Below, piece by piece: positions 46,604 to 56,202 of a DNA stretch of 64,000 nucleotides. Below the pieces are notes generated by a model. That model searched no databases. It saw nothing but the letters and a program-made list of their open reading frames with translations, and was not told the DNA's origin. The stretch is taken from positions 23,681 to 87,680 of IMG/VR virus record IMGVR_UViG_2862178590_000001; one strand, written 5' to 3'. The stretch's first letter is position 1. Each line of letters begins with the position of its first letter. The stretch comes from a virus. Its lineage: Duplodnaviria > Caudoviricetes. A program made the position numbers and the translations under genes.

Positions 46604-47434
46604 CTAGCGCCAGTCGGGCAGGCTTCCCGCGCGGCGGCGGGTGTTGTAGGCGCGCACGACGATTTCGGAGACGCAGTGGGCGACGGTGCCGCCCTTGAAG
46701 TCGCGGGCTCCCCGGGCCTTTCCGAGCAGGCCGGAGGGGCCTGCCGGGAACTCGGCCAGCTTCTTGATCAGTGCGGGGAGTTCGACGACCTCACCGAACC
46801 GGTTGAAGATCGAGCCGATACCGAGGAGCACGTCGCCGTTGACGGCTTCGCTCTTGTAGCCCCAGGCCTCAGTGACGATCCGCAGTGTGAGAGTGAGAGC
46901 CCTCCCGGGGGCCATGGCCGGGTTCTGTGCGCGCTCGCCGTGGAAAAGCCGCTCCAGGCTCTTGACGGCCGTGATGGAGGTGGATCCGGCCTGGTCGCTG
47001 ATCCTCCAACCGAGGGATGTGGCGATTGCGCTAATAGCCACAGCGTCTGCTTCCCCGGCAGTGACGCGGCCCAGGAACTTGTAGACCGCCTTGACCTGGC
47101 GGCCGTCGTTGAGGCCCAGGAACAGGGCTGCCTCCTGCTGGAGGGTCAGGCCAGTAAAGACCTTGCATTCGATCTTCCGGGTGGGCCATCCGGCCTTCCG
47201 CAGTAGTTCGCCGCGGTTTTGGCCGTCGAGCCACACCTGCTCGCCGGAAGCCCGGCGGGACACGACGGGCACGCCCAGCCGCGTCAAGTCGAACCCTTCA
47301 CGGGCCTTGCGCTCGACCCAGGCGCTGTCCACCGGGCGGGTGTTGACCCGCGGGTCGCGGGTGATGTCGGCCGGTGAAAGCCACTCGATGGACGCAGTCT
47401 CCAGGCGAGCTGCGGGAATGCTAGCGAGTACCAT
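46604..47434 (-). CDS. ParB/Srx-fold protein (DUF6551-like, DGQxR motif)
   Basis: LGVPVVSRR...WLDGQNRG...EAALFLGLN. Confidence 0.75.
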   Translation of the reverse strand: MVLASIPAARLETASIEWLSPADITRDPRVNTRPVDSAWVERKAREGFDLTRLGVPVVSRRASGEQVWLDGQNRGELLRKAGWPTRKIECKVFTGLTLQQEAALFLGLNDGRQVKAVYKFLGRVTAGEADAVAISAIATSLGWRISDQAGSTSITAVKSLERLFHGERAQNPAMAPGRALTLTLRIVTEAWGYKSEAVNGDVLLGIGSIFNRFGEVVELPALIKKLAEFPAGPSGLLGKARGARDFKGGTVAHCVSEIVVRAYNTRRRAGSLPDWR

Positions 47435-48413
47435 TGACGTGCTCCTTGAGGATCGTGTTGAAGCTGCGCAGCACACGCAGCACTTGGTCGAGGTCGCGCT
47501 GCCACAGCGCGGCCTCTTCTGCGTCGGTGTCTTCGTCCAGCTCGGTAATGCCGGAGAAGCCGATGCAGAGGCCTGAGAGGGCGGCGAGCCCTTCGTTGAT
47601 GGACTTGCGCTGGGAGCGCTGCGGCATCCGCCGGCCTGCCGCGTCGGTCAGCGGGGGCGCCACAGGAGCTGTCTGCAGCGAACGACGCCGGTTCTGCGGG
47701 GCCGCGTCACCGCGATTGACCTTCTTGCCGTCCCATTTCTCGTAGACGGCGGTCACGGTCAGCGGCCTGCCGCCTTCAGCTGGCCGCACTTCCTCACCGG
47801 CGCTGATCTTGTCGATCAGTTCCAGTGCTTCGCGGGATTCGGCCTGCCGTTCCGGTGCCACCTCGCTGCGGTGGCCGCGCGATTCGGCGTAGCCGTCTGC
47901 CGCGTTCGCGATCTGCTTGATCCGGGAGTAGGTGGCGGTTGACAAGCCGACCGCCTCGGCAGCCTTTTCGCGGGAGTCGTAGCGTTCCGCAGGCTCTTCG
48001 TTCGCCGGTACGGAGAGCCTTCCTGCAGTGCTCGCGGCGCCCTTCAGTTGGCCGCGGCGAAGAGCTTCCGCAGCCTTGGGGCGCTCCAATTCCTCGATCT
48101 GCCGCCCGAGTGCAATCAGTTCGGATGCGGTCATGGCCTTGCGGCAGGTGTTCTCGTCGCGCTCGGCTTTGAGGAGGTCGACCGCGTCGTGGATGTGTTC
48201 GGCGACGACGATGTCAACTTGCGTCATGCCCAGCGCCTTGCAGGCTTCCAGACGGCGGTGGCCTGCGATCAGCCGGTTGTCGGAGGTCACGACGATGGGC
48301 TGCAGCAGTCCGAGCACGCGGATTGAATCGGTAAGGGCCGACAGGTCGCCGAGATCGGTGCGAGCCCGGTCTCCAATCTGAACTGAGGCCGTATTGAGGG
48401 TGGTTCGCATCAC
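47421..48413 (-). CDS. ParB-like protein
   Basis: LTDSIRVLGLLQPIVV...LIAGHRRLEA...ENTCRK plus HTH (KAAEAVGLS). Confidence 0.88.
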   Translation of the reverse strand: MMRTTLNTASVQIGDRARTDLGDLSALTDSIRVLGLLQPIVVTSDNRLIAGHRRLEACKALGMTQVDIVVAEHIHDAVDLLKAERDENTCRKAMTASELIALGRQIEELERPKAAEALRRGQLKGAASTAGRLSVPANEEPAERYDSREKAAEAVGLSTATYSRIKQIANAADGYAESRGHRSEVAPERQAESREALELIDKISAGEEVRPAEGGRPLTVTAVYEKWDGKKVNRGDAAPQNRRRSLQTAPVAPPLTDAAGRRMPQRSQRKSINEGLAALSGLCIGFSGITELDEDTDAEEAALWQRDLDQVLRVLRSFNTILKEHVNGTR

Positions 48414-48501
48414 GGGAGCTCCTTGGCGAGCGGTGGCGGTTCGGATCGGGGGTGTCGGCGGCAGGCTTAGTGGGGTCGGGCGCTGGCCGGTCGGGAGGCG
48501 G

Positions 48502-48945
48502 TCACGCGGCGTTCCGGCTGCCGGTGAGGCGGTAGCGGCGGTAGCGGCGGTCGGCGGCGGCGTTGGCGGCGCGGCAGGTGTCGCAGCGTTCGCCGTTCTT
48601 CAGGTGTCGGCGGTACATGCGGGGTTCGCCGCAGACGGGGTCCGGCCGGGGCTGGCGCGCTTTCGTTTTGGGGTGGGCGCCGCCGGGCTTCCAGCCGTTG
48701 TTTTTCCAGCCTTCGACGGTGGTCGGGTCGGAGCCGATGCGTTCGCCGATGGATTTCAGGGCGACGCCGAGGCCGTCGAGGATTTTGGCGGCGTGGATTT
48801 TTTCAGCGCGGGTGAGGGTGACGGGTTCGCCGTTGAGCGCGTATTCGATGGCGATGAGGTCGAGGTCGGCCTTCTCGTCGAAGGTGACCGTGGTGGAGGC
48901 GTAGAGACGCTCGCGCTGGCCAGCGCCGACACGGTGTCCGTTCAT
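48502..48945 (-). CDS. HTH plus Zn-finger hypothetical protein
   Basis: LKSIGERIGSDPTTVEGW; CGEPRMYRRH...CDTC. Confidence 0.65.
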   Translation of the reverse strand: MNGHRVGAGQRERLYASTTVTFDEKADLDLIAIEYALNGEPVTLTRAEKIHAAKILDGLGVALKSIGERIGSDPTTVEGWKNNGWKPGGAHPKTKARQPRPDPVCGEPRMYRRHLKNGERCDTCRAANAAADRRYRRYRLTGSRNAA

Positions 48946-49805
48946 GCGGGGACCACCGACTCGTCCGCTACGGGCCGGGCCCTGAAAGCGCGGTACAGGT
49001 GTTCGCTGGTGATGCCGAGGCGGTGGGCGGCCTGCGGGACGGTGTAGTGCTGTTCTTTGATGAGCCAGCGGGCGTCTTCAGCGATCGCGGTGTAGCGGTC
49101 GACATGTTCGCCGAGGTCAGGCGTGGCGGCGGGGCTGTCGATGTAGTCGTCATCCCAGGCGGTGGGCGGCGGCCAGCCGCGCAACGCCGCGAAAACGTGT
49201 GCCTGACGGACCCAGCGAGGGGCGACGCCGTGCGAGAGGGGGTCGACGTTCCACAGGCGGTCGTACATGTCCCGAGTGCCACGCGCAGTGGATGCGTAGG
49301 CAGGTATCTGCCGGTGGATCTGGTCGTTGACGGTGACCCTGTCGACGCCGAGTTTGTTGGCGAGGGTCCGCTGGGGCCAGCCGATGGCGACGAGTCCCTG
49401 GAGCCTTCGGCGGGTGCCGGTGCCGTCGACCAGGGCGCAGGGCGCGGCTGCGTCCAGTGAGGGCTTGACGGCGAGGATACGGTCGGCGGTGGCTGTGCGG
49501 ACGCGCTTGCTGGGTCCGCTCCCGCGGCTGTAGTCGCCATACAGGAGTCGGCTCATCCCTCCGTTCGAGACGCCGGAGAGAGCGCAGACGCGCTGCCAGC
49601 CGATGCTGTAGGACATGAGCATGCGGACGTGCTGGCGGACGGGTTCGGCGTCGACGTAGGGCTGCCAGCGGCCGTAGGCGATGAGCCGGTGGCGGTCGCG
49701 GGCGTATTCGGCGGCGCGGTTGCGGCACGGCTGGCACTTGCAGTGATGTGCCTGCGCTCGGGACAGGGTGCCGTGCGGCGGGAGTGGTTTGGTCGTGGTG
49801 GTCAT
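48942..49805 (-). CDS. Multi-HTH phage protein
   Basis: HHCKCQPC, GTRRRLQGLVAIGW, C-terminal QAAHRLGIT HTH. Confidence 0.7.
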   Translation of the reverse strand: MTTTTKPLPPHGTLSRAQAHHCKCQPCRNRAAEYARDRHRLIAYGRWQPYVDAEPVRQHVRMLMSYSIGWQRVCALSGVSNGGMSRLLYGDYSRGSGPSKRVRTATADRILAVKPSLDAAAPCALVDGTGTRRRLQGLVAIGWPQRTLANKLGVDRVTVNDQIHRQIPAYASTARGTRDMYDRLWNVDPLSHGVAPRWVRQAHVFAALRGWPPPTAWDDDYIDSPAATPDLGEHVDRYTAIAEDARWLIKEQHYTVPQAAHRLGITSEHLYRAFRARPVADESVVPA

Positions 49806-50723
49806 CGGTGGTCCTCCTCCCAGGCGGGCATCTGGTAGAGCTGTTCGAGTTGCTGGCGTTCGGGGTTGCTGTCGCGTTGGGCAGGGGTTGCGGGCTTGCG
49901 CGTGACGAGCGGGTGGTCGGCGATGCGGCGGGCTGCCCGTCGTTGCCGGATGCGTCGGGTGCCGTGCCAGGCCGCGTACACGGCGGCGGCGAGGACGCCG
50001 GTGATGGCGACGGCGGGGATGTAGGGGGCGGCGTCCATCGCCCAGCCGGCGACGTCGAGGACGGTCATGCGGCCCTCCCCTCGACGGCCGCGGTCGTGCC
50101 GCGCCAGCGGCGGACGCCGGACTTGTCGCGGGTGAGGCCGAATCCGGCGTACTCGACGATCCCTTCGGCGTGGAGGCGGGCCATGAGCCGTCCCCAGTCG
50201 CATTCGCGCTTGGGAGGATCGGGCAGGTCGTACTCGTCTTCGATCTGCCAGGTCACGAAGCGGCGGCGGGTCTTGGCGACCTCGACGAATACGGGCCAGA
50301 CTTCGGCGACCCAGGTCTCGTAGTCCTCGATCCGGCGCCGGGCTGCGGGGATCTTCGGGGCGGGGATGCTGCCGTCCAGGGCAGGCTGCACGAGGGTCAT
50401 GACGCGTTCCCCTCGGCCTGCTCGGTCGCGGCGGCGATGCCGTCGAGGACCGCCTTCTGGGCTTCTTCGCGGGCGGCGATGCGGGCGTTCGTCTCGCAGA
50501 TCTGGCGCATGGTCTCGGCGTCCTGGTTGATCGCCGGGTCGTTCTCCTCCAGCAGGGCCTCGGCGTCGTGGCAGCGGACGCAGAGCAGTGGCTGCTTGTC
50601 GCGCATGCACCAGCGGCAGGTGAACTGAGAGGCGCCGAGATGGCCGTGGTCGGGCTCGTACAGGAACAGGGGCCGGGTCTGGTTGCAGTGGTCGCAGCGG
50701 GCCTCAAGCGGCTGATCGGTCAT
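49802..50723 (-). other. Three small ORFs (49802-50068, 50065-50400, 50397-50723)
   Basis: Overlapping chain. Confidence 0.6.
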
Positions 50724-50784
50724 GGGTGTGGTCTCCTTGCCGTGGGGCTGCCGTAGGTTCGGGCCGCGACGTCCCCGAAGGCGG

Positions 50785-51663
50785 TTACGGGGTGGGGACT
50801 TCGGCGACGGCGGGCCAGTCCTGCGCGCCGTCGGCGGTCCAGGTGTCGTCGGTGACGGGCTTGGCCTTGTTGCCGACGAGGTCGGCGGCGGTGACCCGCT
50901 CGGGCGGGAACTCCTCGTCGCGAGACACTTCGCCGCGCTGGATCGACTGGTAGATCACCTGGAGCTGGGCGAGGTCGTGGTCGGTCCACTTGCCTTGCGG
51001 GCGGCCGAGCTTGCTCTCGATGCGGTCGACGTTGATGCCGAGCCCGTCGAAGGCCTTGATGGCGTCGGCGATGCGGGTCGGCAGCGGGACGCCGCCGCCC
51101 TTGGCGAGGGTGTTGTTGCAGATGTCCTTGGCCTGCTCGACGTACCAGAGCGGCAGGACCGCAAAGATGGCCTCCCGGACGCGGCGGGCGCCGTTGTTGG
51201 CGTTGTTCTCGTAGATGTCGCGCAGGTCGACGAGAGCCTTGGGGCCGCCCTTGACGTCCCTCTTGTGCGGGACGATGAAGGTGGAGGAGTTCCGGGCGTT
51301 GCGTTCGACGTCCCAGGCGAAGGCCTGCATCTCGGACTGGCCGAACTCGTCGTCGCGTCGCATTTCCACGAGCCCGTACTGGATGTTGCCCCAGGCGAGG
51401 GCGATCTCCCGGGCGAGGTGCACGGTGGGGCCGGAGACGTTGGAGCCGCCGCGGGAGTAGCGGAAGAACGCCCGGTCGGCGAGGGCCTTCTGTTCGCAGG
51501 CGGTGCGCATCGCGGCGACGGCGGCCGGCACGTCGCGGGGGCACTGCTGGGCGACCACGATCGCGGCCTGCACTTCGGCGATGGCGCGGGACTGTTCGAC
51601 GGCGGTGCCCTGTCCGATGCGCGCCGGGGCGCTGTTGGACGGGAGTTGGACGGGCTGGTTCAC
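50785..51663 (-). CDS. Single-strand annealing (recombinase) protein partner of RecE-like exonuclease
   Basis: GTG overlaps exonuclease stop; EVQAAIVVAQQCPRD...SGPTVHLAREIALAWGNI; function inferred from position. Confidence 0.7.
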   Translation of the reverse strand: MNQPVQLPSNSAPARIGQGTAVEQSRAIAEVQAAIVVAQQCPRDVPAAVAAMRTACEQKALADRAFFRYSRGGSNVSGPTVHLAREIALAWGNIQYGLVEMRRDDEFGQSEMQAFAWDVERNARNSSTFIVPHKRDVKGGPKALVDLRDIYENNANNGARRVREAIFAVLPLWYVEQAKDICNNTLAKGGGVPLPTRIADAIKAFDGLGINVDRIESKLGRPQGKWTDHDLAQLQVIYQSIQRGEVSRDEEFPPERVTAADLVGNKAKPVTDDTWTADGAQDWPAVAEVPTP

Positions 51664-52535
51664 AGGTACTCCTCTTTGTCGCGGATTTCGGCCCAGGCGG
51701 GCAGGGGCAGGTAGGCGATGCCGTCGTCGTAGGCGGGCCAGTGGCCGGTGGCGGTGCACTCGGCGTAGAGCTGGATGGCGCGCCGGTTGCGGGCGGCGCC
51801 GATCGCCAGGGCGATCGAGTCGAGTTCGACGACGGTCACCAGGTACGGGGCGGCCTTGGCCTGGAACACGAAGACGAACGCGGGCTCGGAGTCTCCGGCC
51901 ATGCCGAGGGCTTTGATGCCGTCGAGGTACCAGGCGGCCTGCTGGTGGTAGCCGTGCTCGTAGACGGCTTTCTGGATGGCGTCGGGGCTGACGTCGCGGG
52001 CGGTCTTGTAGTCGACGACGATCCGCCGTCCGGCCGGGACGGGAAGCCAGTCCGGACGGGCCCGGCGCCACACTCCGGTCGGGCGGTCCTGCCAGAACAG
52101 GGACTGTTCGGCGATGCCAGTCCCGGGGGCGAACAGCTGCCCGGCAACGGTGTGGTTGCGCAGCGCGTCGGCCATCGCCTGGACCTGTTCGTGCTCGGCG
52201 GCCAGGAGGGGGACGAGGCCTTCGGCTCGGGCTGCGTCGCGCTGTGCCCGTGCGGATTTCGTCGTGTAGTTGTCGGCGTCGATGACTTCGATGACCGGCC
52301 CGTCGTTCAGGACGACGGCGTGGGCGGCGGTGCCGAGGTCGAACTCCCGCTTCGGTGGCTGCCCGTGGTCGAGGTGGTGGCGGAACAGGGCCGGGCAGGA
52401 GGGGGCGAGGAGGCGGCGGGCTCCGGTCGAGGACAGGCTGCCGCCGGGGACCGGGTCGGCGTGGTACCGCTCGGCGGTCATGGTGTAAGCGCCGGGCTCG
52501 GTGACGGGCTCCGTCGTCTCGGTGGGCGCGGTCAC
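51660..52535 (-). CDS. RecE/ExoVIII-like PD-(D/E)XK exonuclease
   Basis: YHAD...LSSTGAR, GTAAHA, RARPDW, VDYKT, YHQQAAWY. Confidence 0.9.
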   Translation of the reverse strand: MTAPTETTEPVTEPGAYTMTAERYHADPVPGGSLSSTGARRLLAPSCPALFRHHLDHGQPPKREFDLGTAAHAVVLNDGPVIEVIDADNYTTKSARAQRDAARAEGLVPLLAAEHEQVQAMADALRNHTVAGQLFAPGTGIAEQSLFWQDRPTGVWRRARPDWLPVPAGRRIVVDYKTARDVSPDAIQKAVYEHGYHQQAAWYLDGIKALGMAGDSEPAFVFVFQAKAAPYLVTVVELDSIALAIGAARNRRAIQLYAECTATGHWPAYDDGIAYLPLPAWAEIRDKEEYL

Positions 52536-53230
52536 CGGTCACCGCCGTGGAAGCGTGTGAGGGCGTCACCGGCCATCTGCGAGAGCTGTTCATCACTGGC
52601 GGCGTAGAAGGCGTCGGGCTGGGTGACGGCGTCGTACACGTCGCGGGCCCAGCGGGCGTCGCCGAGCGCGGTGTGTGCGGAACCGGCGGCCGGCGGTTCG
52701 ACTTCGACGTGCCGGGAGGCGTCGTAGGACTTCCACGGCCAGCCGACTGCCTCGTTGACCTTGCGGTACCAGTCGGCGTCGCAGTCCTTCCTCGTCCACT
52801 CGGCGGCGCGCCCGTACAGGGAGCCGACAGCGAGGGTGGCGACGTCGATGGTGCGGTAGTGCCAGGGCCGGGGCTGCTCGTAGTACAGGCCGAAGAGGTG
52901 CGCCAACATCTCCGCGTCGAAGGCCGGGTTGGATCCGATGACGACCGCCCCGTTAAGCAGTGCGTACAGGCGATGGACTGCGGTTTTCGGGTCGTCCCAC
53001 TGCCAGCCGCCAGCCTGGACCCGCTCGAAGTAGCGGTTGATCTTGAGGGCTTCCGGGTCCGCTTCGGTGATGTCGGGAAGGATCCGGTAAACGTGCTCGG
53101 CGTCGTGCCCGTCGACCCGCAGGATGACGGCGATCTCCCACGGGTCGTGGAGGAACGGGTCAAGGCCGGTGGTCTCGGTGTCGATGAACGCCAGAGGCCT
53201 GAGGGCGCTCGGCGGGTTCTCGGTGCTCAT
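52532..53230 (-). CDS. DnaQ-like DEDDh 3'-5' exonuclease
   Basis: FIDTETTG, NPAFD, HTALGDA. Confidence 0.9.
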   Translation of the reverse strand: MSTENPPSALRPLAFIDTETTGLDPFLHDPWEIAVILRVDGHDAEHVYRILPDITEADPEALKINRYFERVQAGGWQWDDPKTAVHRLYALLNGAVVIGSNPAFDAEMLAHLFGLYYEQPRPWHYRTIDVATLAVGSLYGRAAEWTRKDCDADWYRKVNEAVGWPWKSYDASRHVEVEPPAAGSAHTALGDARWARDVYDAVTQPDAFYAASDEQLSQMAGDALTRFHGGDR

Positions 53231-53349
53231 GTGGCGTGCCTTTCGGGTGTGGGGTGCCGGGGCCGCCGCGTCCCGCAGGGGGTGACGGGGGCGGCGGCCC
53301 TCGGCTGCCGCGGAGCCCGGGGGCGGCTCGACGCGGCGGTCAGGTTGGC

Positions 53350-53523
53350 CTAGAAGAAGTCGCCGATGGTGTCGATCAGGTCGGGGATGATGCGGTGGCC
53401 GACCCAGGCGAGGACGGCGACACACAGGCCGATCAGCAGGGCCCAGCCGACGTGGTGGCAGACCGCCCACACGAGGGCTGCGGCTGCGACGCCGGCCAGC
53501 AGACCGAGCAGGAAACGGGCCAT
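53350..53523 (-). CDS. Small two-TM membrane protein
   Basis: MARFLLGLLAGVAAAALVWAV... Confidence 0.55.
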   Translation of the reverse strand: MARFLLGLLAGVAAAALVWAVCHHVGWALLIGLCVAVLAWVGHRIIPDLIDTIGDFF

Positions 53524-54014
53524 CAGTCGTGCTCGTAGAAGTCGACGTGGATGCCGTCCCGGCGGACGGTGATCGTGGCGTGGTCGCCGAAGGCGTCGAG
53601 GAGGACAGTCTCGAAGTGGCCGCCTTCGACGGCTCCGCTCAGTGCCCTGCACCGGTCGTAGCGAGCTTCGTCGGGCCCCTCGTAGGGCAGGAAGCCGTAC
53701 TCCCCTGTCTCAGGGTCCTTGCGATACGGACGCTTGCCGAGGGAGCGGTGCGAGTCGACTTCAAGCTCGTACTCGTCGTCGGTGTCCGCGTCCTCTGCAG
53801 TGCGGACCCAGGTCCCGTAGACGCTGAATTCGCAGGGGTCGCCGTCATTGAAGTACGGCGTGTACTGGCGCCAGCCGAACTCGATGATCGTGGGGTCGTC
53901 GAGGACGGCCTGCAGGATCGGCTGGAGCTCCTCGATCGGCTTCTGCTCAGTGCGGGTTGAGCCTGCGGTGTAGTCGCCCTCAACGGGGATGCCGAGGAAA
54001 TTTCGGTTCGTCAT
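53523..54014 (-). CDS. Acidic hypothetical protein (DUF6878-like)
   Basis: WRQYTPYFNDGDPCEF motif; coupled to upstream His-rich gene. Confidence 0.6.
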   Translation of the reverse strand: MTNRNFLGIPVEGDYTAGSTRTEQKPIEELQPILQAVLDDPTIIEFGWRQYTPYFNDGDPCEFSVYGTWVRTAEDADTDDEYELEVDSHRSLGKRPYRKDPETGEYGFLPYEGPDEARYDRCRALSGAVEGGHFETVLLDAFGDHATITVRRDGIHVDFYEHD

Positions 54015-54394
54015 CGAGTGCCTCCAGCGGCGTCGAGGAGCAGATGGGAGAGGGGGACGGTCTTGCGCTGGCTGCCGGACATCCACTGTTTGATGGGCAT
54101 GCCGTCGATGTAGTCCGCAGGGCTGGGAAGCCAGCCGAGGTCTTCGAGGACGTGCTGCTCGGCGATGAGGCGGACGGGCACCTGGACGGTGCTGCGAGCT
54201 TTGGGGATGTCGAGCGTCACGCCGAAGATTCGCTGGCAGAGCCAGACGCCCTCGGTGTGGTGATAGAGAGAGCGGTGCCGGACGTCGCCGATGATCCGTT
54301 TCGAGCTGTCGATGAACTCGTGGACGGGCAGGTAGATGTCGGGTTCACCGCCCCACTTGCGGGCTGAGGACTGTGCGTGGTGCCAGGAATTCAC
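54011..54394 (-). CDS. DUF6915-like His-rich protein
   Basis: HHAQSSARKWGG...VHEFIDSSK...HRSLYHHTEG...EQHVLEDLG. Confidence 0.75.
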   Translation of the reverse strand: MNSWHHAQSSARKWGGEPDIYLPVHEFIDSSKRIIGDVRHRSLYHHTEGVWLCQRIFGVTLDIPKARSTVQVPVRLIAEQHVLEDLGWLPSPADYIDGMPIKQWMSGSQRKTVPLSHLLLDAAGGTR

Positions 54395-54501
54395 GGTGCT
54401 GCTCCTGGAGTTCTGGATGGTGAGCCCCGCCCGAATTCGCCTCGGGCGGGGCGGTGGTCGTCGCCGGCGGGCGGACGCGGAGTCGACACCCGCCGGCGGG
54501 T

Positions 54502-55290
54502 CTAGGTGAGGACCAGCGCGGACAGCCGGAGCGCGGCGGCCTCGGCATACGGTTCGTGAGCCTCGATGCCGACCGCACGTCGTCCGGCCTGGCGTGCGGC
54601 GTCCAACGTGCTGCCGCTGCCAGCGAACGGATCGACGACCAGACCGCCCTCGGGGCACGCGTACTTGATCATTGGATCCAGAAGGCCGAGGGGCTTTTCG
54701 TCCGGATGGATATTCCGGCCGTGCATGTTGCGGACCTTGAGGACGGACCTCAACAGCCGTTTGCCGTCCCGCACGTGGTTGTGCGGGCCGATCTTCCCGG
54801 TGTGGTCGATCCCGGAAGTGACGTTGCGGCGTTCGTACTTGTCACTCGGGTCGTAGACCCTTTCGCGAGGGGTCTGGTGACGCTGGTCCCTCCACGCGCC
54901 CTGATACCAGTGCAGAGCGTGCTCGTGGACGCGCTTGAATCGGTCGTTCTGGAATGCTGAGCCGTTCTGCTTCTCCCAGACGACGTTCACATCACCGACG
55001 ACCGGCTGGCCGTCCTCGTCGTGACCGACGATGTCCTGGCTGAGCTTCCAGCCGTCAAACTGGTCGCGCCGGTCGAGGAACATGCGCATCGACCCGAAGC
55101 ACCACATCGACGAGGCGACGGTCGCGGCGAGGGTGGGCCAGCCGTCCGGCCACCGATCCCAGGCCAGGCTGGTCTCGGCATACGGTGGATCTGCCACCAC
55201 AAGATCGGCTTTGAGGTCGAGCGCGGGCAGAACCTCCCGCATGTCGCCGAGGTACAGCGTGACTTGATCGTCCGCGTAGTACGGCTCCAT
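54502..55290 (-). CDS. Orphan N6A/N4C DNA methyltransferase (beta class)
   Basis: DPPY catalytic motif N-terminal, HPDEKP, VVDPFAGSGST SAM-binding motif C-terminal. Confidence 0.92.
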   Translation of the reverse strand: MEPYYADDQVTLYLGDMREVLPALDLKADLVVADPPYAETSLAWDRWPDGWPTLAATVASSMWCFGSMRMFLDRRDQFDGWKLSQDIVGHDEDGQPVVGDVNVVWEKQNGSAFQNDRFKRVHEHALHWYQGAWRDQRHQTPRERVYDPSDKYERRNVTSGIDHTGKIGPHNHVRDGKRLLRSVLKVRNMHGRNIHPDEKPLGLLDPMIKYACPEGGLVVDPFAGSGSTLDAARQAGRRAVGIEAHEPYAEAAALRLSALVLT

Positions 55291-55844
55291 CACGACACCC
55301 CCTGTGCGAGCTGGTCGGCGAGGACGGGCAGCGCGACCGTGTCGGTGTCCAGCGCGGCCAGCGCGGGGACGTGCGTGGGGCTGACGGCCTGCGGCGAGTA
55401 GTGGAGGCTGACGACCGGCCCGGTGGCAAACCGGGTCCTGAGGTCCCGGACGTCGATGCCGGTCGGCTCGGTCGGGTGGTCGCCGGGGTCGATGTCGCGG
55501 TGCCAGGCCGGGACCGTGACCGCGGTTAGGTTTGCGATCTGTGCCCGCAGCGCGCGGACTTCGGTTTCCAGCCGCTCCCGGTCCGCAGTTACGGTTTCGA
55601 GTTCGGACTGGGCGCAAGAGGCGACGATCTCGCTGTCGGCGGCGCGCTTGGCCATCTGCTTGTAGGCGTCGTACACGTCGTCGCGGTCTGCGACGAGTCG
55701 AGTGAAGTAGTCGTCGGTTGCGGCCTTGACCGCGAGGAGCCACGCGTTGTCGGCCCGGACCTCGGCGAGGTGGCGCTCGGTGCGACGCAGCCTGCCCTCG
55801 ACGGTGTAGTTGCCGGTGCCCTGCCACGGGAGGGTGATCGTCAT
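55290..55844 (-). CDS. Coiled-coil hypothetical protein
   Basis: 184 aa; TGATG overlap. Confidence 0.65.
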   Translation of the reverse strand: MTITLPWQGTGNYTVEGRLRRTERHLAEVRADNAWLLAVKAATDDYFTRLVADRDDVYDAYKQMAKRAADSEIVASCAQSELETVTADRERLETEVRALRAQIANLTAVTVPAWHRDIDPGDHPTEPTGIDVRDLRTRFATGPVVSLHYSPQAVSPTHVPALAALDTDTVALPVLADQLAQGVS

Positions 55845-56200
55845 GCCTTCGTCACCGCCTGCAGGCGCAGCCGTGCCGACGTCCGCTTGAGCAGGGCGAG
55901 GGCTTCGCGCTTGTTGTGGCCTTTCTGCGTCATCCAGGCGGCGAGGGACACCGCGCCGCAGTCCGTGGTGACGGCCTTCTCGGTGTCGGCGACGAGGTTG
56001 CTGCCGCCGACCCAGCGCGGGGTTCCATGCACCGCGATGTTGATGGCGCCGAACAGGTCCACCCGGCAGTCCTTCAGCGACGTGCCGCCAGCGGCCTGCT
56101 TGGTGTCGTACAGGTAGGTCTTGCAGTAGCCGTTGGCGTCGATCACGTCATACGCCTTGTCGACGACGTCGGCGAGCAGGACTTCGGGGGCCTTCGTCAT
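55841..56200 (-). CDS. DUF6197-like protein
   Basis: AYDVIDANGYC...GAINIAVHG...WMTQKGH. Confidence 0.55.
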   Translation of the reverse strand: MTKAPEVLLADVVDKAYDVIDANGYCKTYLYDTKQAAGGTSLKDCRVDLFGAINIAVHGTPRWVGGSNLVADTEKAVTTDCGAVSLAAWMTQKGHNKREALALLKRTSARLRLQAVTKA

Positions 56201-56202
56201 GG

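Noticed and set aside
48530-48552. 9-bp tandem duplication encoding RRYRRYR
   Set aside because: In-frame micro-duplication with no sign of a functional repeat.
50785-53163. 792-aa ORF in the track
   Set aside because: Only the last 292 aa (GTG at 51663) look real; the upstream part is an alternative frame over the two exonuclease genes.
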